Shown here in pieces: positions 62,460-64,000 of a stretch of 64,000 nucleotides of DNA. The position numbers were made by a program, and so were the translations under genes. Origin of the DNA: Glycera tridactyla (lineage: Eukaryota); contig OZ286467.1 in assembly GCA_965644265.1 (NCBI GenBank), forward strand, positions 55,862,001 through 55,926,000. Direction: 5' to 3'. Under the pieces are notes generated by a model, which ran no database searches, was not told the origin of the DNA, and saw nothing but the letters and a program-made list of their open reading frames with translations. The stretch's first letter is position 1; each line of letters begins with the position of its first letter.

Positions 62460-63190
62460 GTGGGGATTGTGTGCTTCAATGATCTCAAGAGCCATGCCAG
62501 ACAGGTTCAACCATACTGGACAGGTCTTGAGTGAGGGGCCAGACAAAGTGAAGCTACACTCCTCCATGGGAGAGCCTTGCCTTCGACATGGTGGAGGGGC
62601 TTGAGTGTCATGAGGACCCTGAGAGCTATACCAGATAGGTTCAACCATACTGGGCAGGTCTCAGGCAAGTGGCCAGGAGAAGTCTCCCTGGGGCAGGGGG
62701 GATTGCGTGCTTCAGTGATTTCAAGGGCTATGCCGGACAGGTCCAACCATACTGGACAGGTCTTGAGTGAGGGCCAGACAAAGTGAAGCCCCCCGTAGGT
62801 GCCCGGGACTTTTGGCAAACCAGTAGAGAATAGGTTCCATGTGTATCCCTATGTGATATAAGTGGGACCCCTTTCTTTACATGCATGCTCCAATGATCTC
62901 GAAGAGCTATGCCAGACAGGTACAACCATACTGGACAGGTTTTCAGTGAGGGCTCATTGGAAGTGAAGCTACCCGATGGATGCCCAGGATGTTTGGAACA
63001 CCGAAAGAGTAAAATAGGCCCCACGTGAATCCTTATGTGTCCTAAGTGGGAATCCACTTCTCCTCCATGGGAATACTATGCCTTTGGCATGGTAGAGGGG
63101 CTTTTGTGGCATGAGAACCCTCTGAGCTAAACCAGATAGGTTCAACCATACTGGGCAGGTCTCAGGTGAGTGGCGATTTGCATGTTCCCT
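62460..63190. repeat. Irregular array with five copies of a 28-bp core
   Basis: CCAGA(C/T)AGGT(T/C/A)CAACCATACTGG(A/G)CAGG at 62497, 62631, 62733, 62912 and 63132. Confidence 0.85.
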
Positions 63191-63578
63191 GGAGGTAGCA
63201 CGGGGATTGTAAGTGGTGATAAAAAAACCTATCCTCATTTGGGGCCGTTTCAACCAAAGTCTGATTGGATTGATCGGCCTGACTGGAAATTTTCCCAGCT
63301 GATTTCAGGGCTTCTTTTCTCTGGACCTTGTCTGCACGGTACCAGCTTTCAAAAACAATTTCTAGGGGATACCCTCTTCTCAGAAAATGTCCCATAATTT
63401 TGGCGCTCTCGTTAATAAAATCAGTGTTTTTGGAGCAAATGCGTTTCACTCTCAAAAATTGACTGAAAGGTAGACTCTTTTTCATATGCATTGGGTGGGC
63501 TGATTTGAAATGGAGGTAACTATGGCTGTCTGTAGGTTTACAATATACAGTGGTCCATAGTTTGTCTTCACTGTCTTT
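63190..63578 (-). pseudogene. Penelope-like element RT thumb/linker fragment
   Basis: TTVYCKPTDSHSYLHFKSAHP..KKSLPFSQFLRVKRICS..FLRRGYP, then FITTYNP in another frame. Confidence 0.88.
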
Positions 63579-63590
63579 ATATATATATAC

Positions 63591-63680
63591 AGTCCAACCT
63601 GCTCTAAAGACCACCTCTCCATGAAGATCACCTCTCTATAAAGGCCACATTTCGATGCAACCAAAGGCAGTCTTTATATA
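63591..63680 (+). mobile_element. Partial Tc1/mariner-type MITE in a (TA)n run, cutting the Penelope fragment
   Basis: TA-CAGTCCAACCTGCTCTAAAGACCACC. Confidence 0.7.
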
Positions 63681-64000
63681 TATATATATAGAGAGAGAGA
63701 GGGGGGGGGGGAGAGAAAGATTGTTTTGGTGGATAAACAGGTGTTATGCAGTGATATTTACATGCTTGCAGAATGATTGATGGTATTCATTTTTCGATAT
63801 GTGCAGATATTTTAACACATCATGTATATTTTTTAATGCCTATTATAATTAACATGTTCAAGTGTTAATAAAGTGTTGCAAGCCGATTAACATGTTTGAG
63901 TGCTATTTTTAATTAACAAATCAACATGCAATTGATTAATGCCTTTATATATGAAGAGCTAACCGCAGCACTCGGAACTTTATAACTTTTAGGCTCCGAC

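Noticed and set aside
62460-63190. CRISPR-like array
   Set aside because: Spacers are long, variable in length and related to each other; no cas genes; eukaryotic context. Kept only as a repeat finding.

Overview
AT-rich animal nuclear DNA; the repeat families suggest a marine invertebrate such as a lophotrochozoan (inference). I could not support any host protein-coding gene. The window is a dense mosaic of mobile elements. (1) A complete 10.1-kb hAT DNA transposon (24370-34514) has 15-bp TIRs, a 6-bp TSD confirmed by the empty-site sequence, and an apparently intact 7-exon, 795-aa transposase; its introns carry MITEs, a SINE-like fragment and a 2.9-kb G-rich satellite. (2) A decayed AcademX-type transposon (37404-41573) retains ~250-bp TIRs and a 3-bp TSD. 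(3) An I-group (Nimb-like) LINE with RT, RNase H and CCHC domains is present in four copies. Its 3' UTR resembles the Deu/Nin SINE core and also occurs as three free ~210-bp copies with TSDs, a shared 5' end and a predicted pseudoknot. (4) About 25 copies of a second, hairpin-rich SINE-like family lie almost all on the + strand. (5) There are L2/CR1 and Penelope fragments, many Tc1/mariner-type MITEs, and hAT MITEs with 5- or 6-bp rather than 8-bp TSDs. All alignments, counts and folds were done by eye; family names rest on recalled motifs, not database searches.
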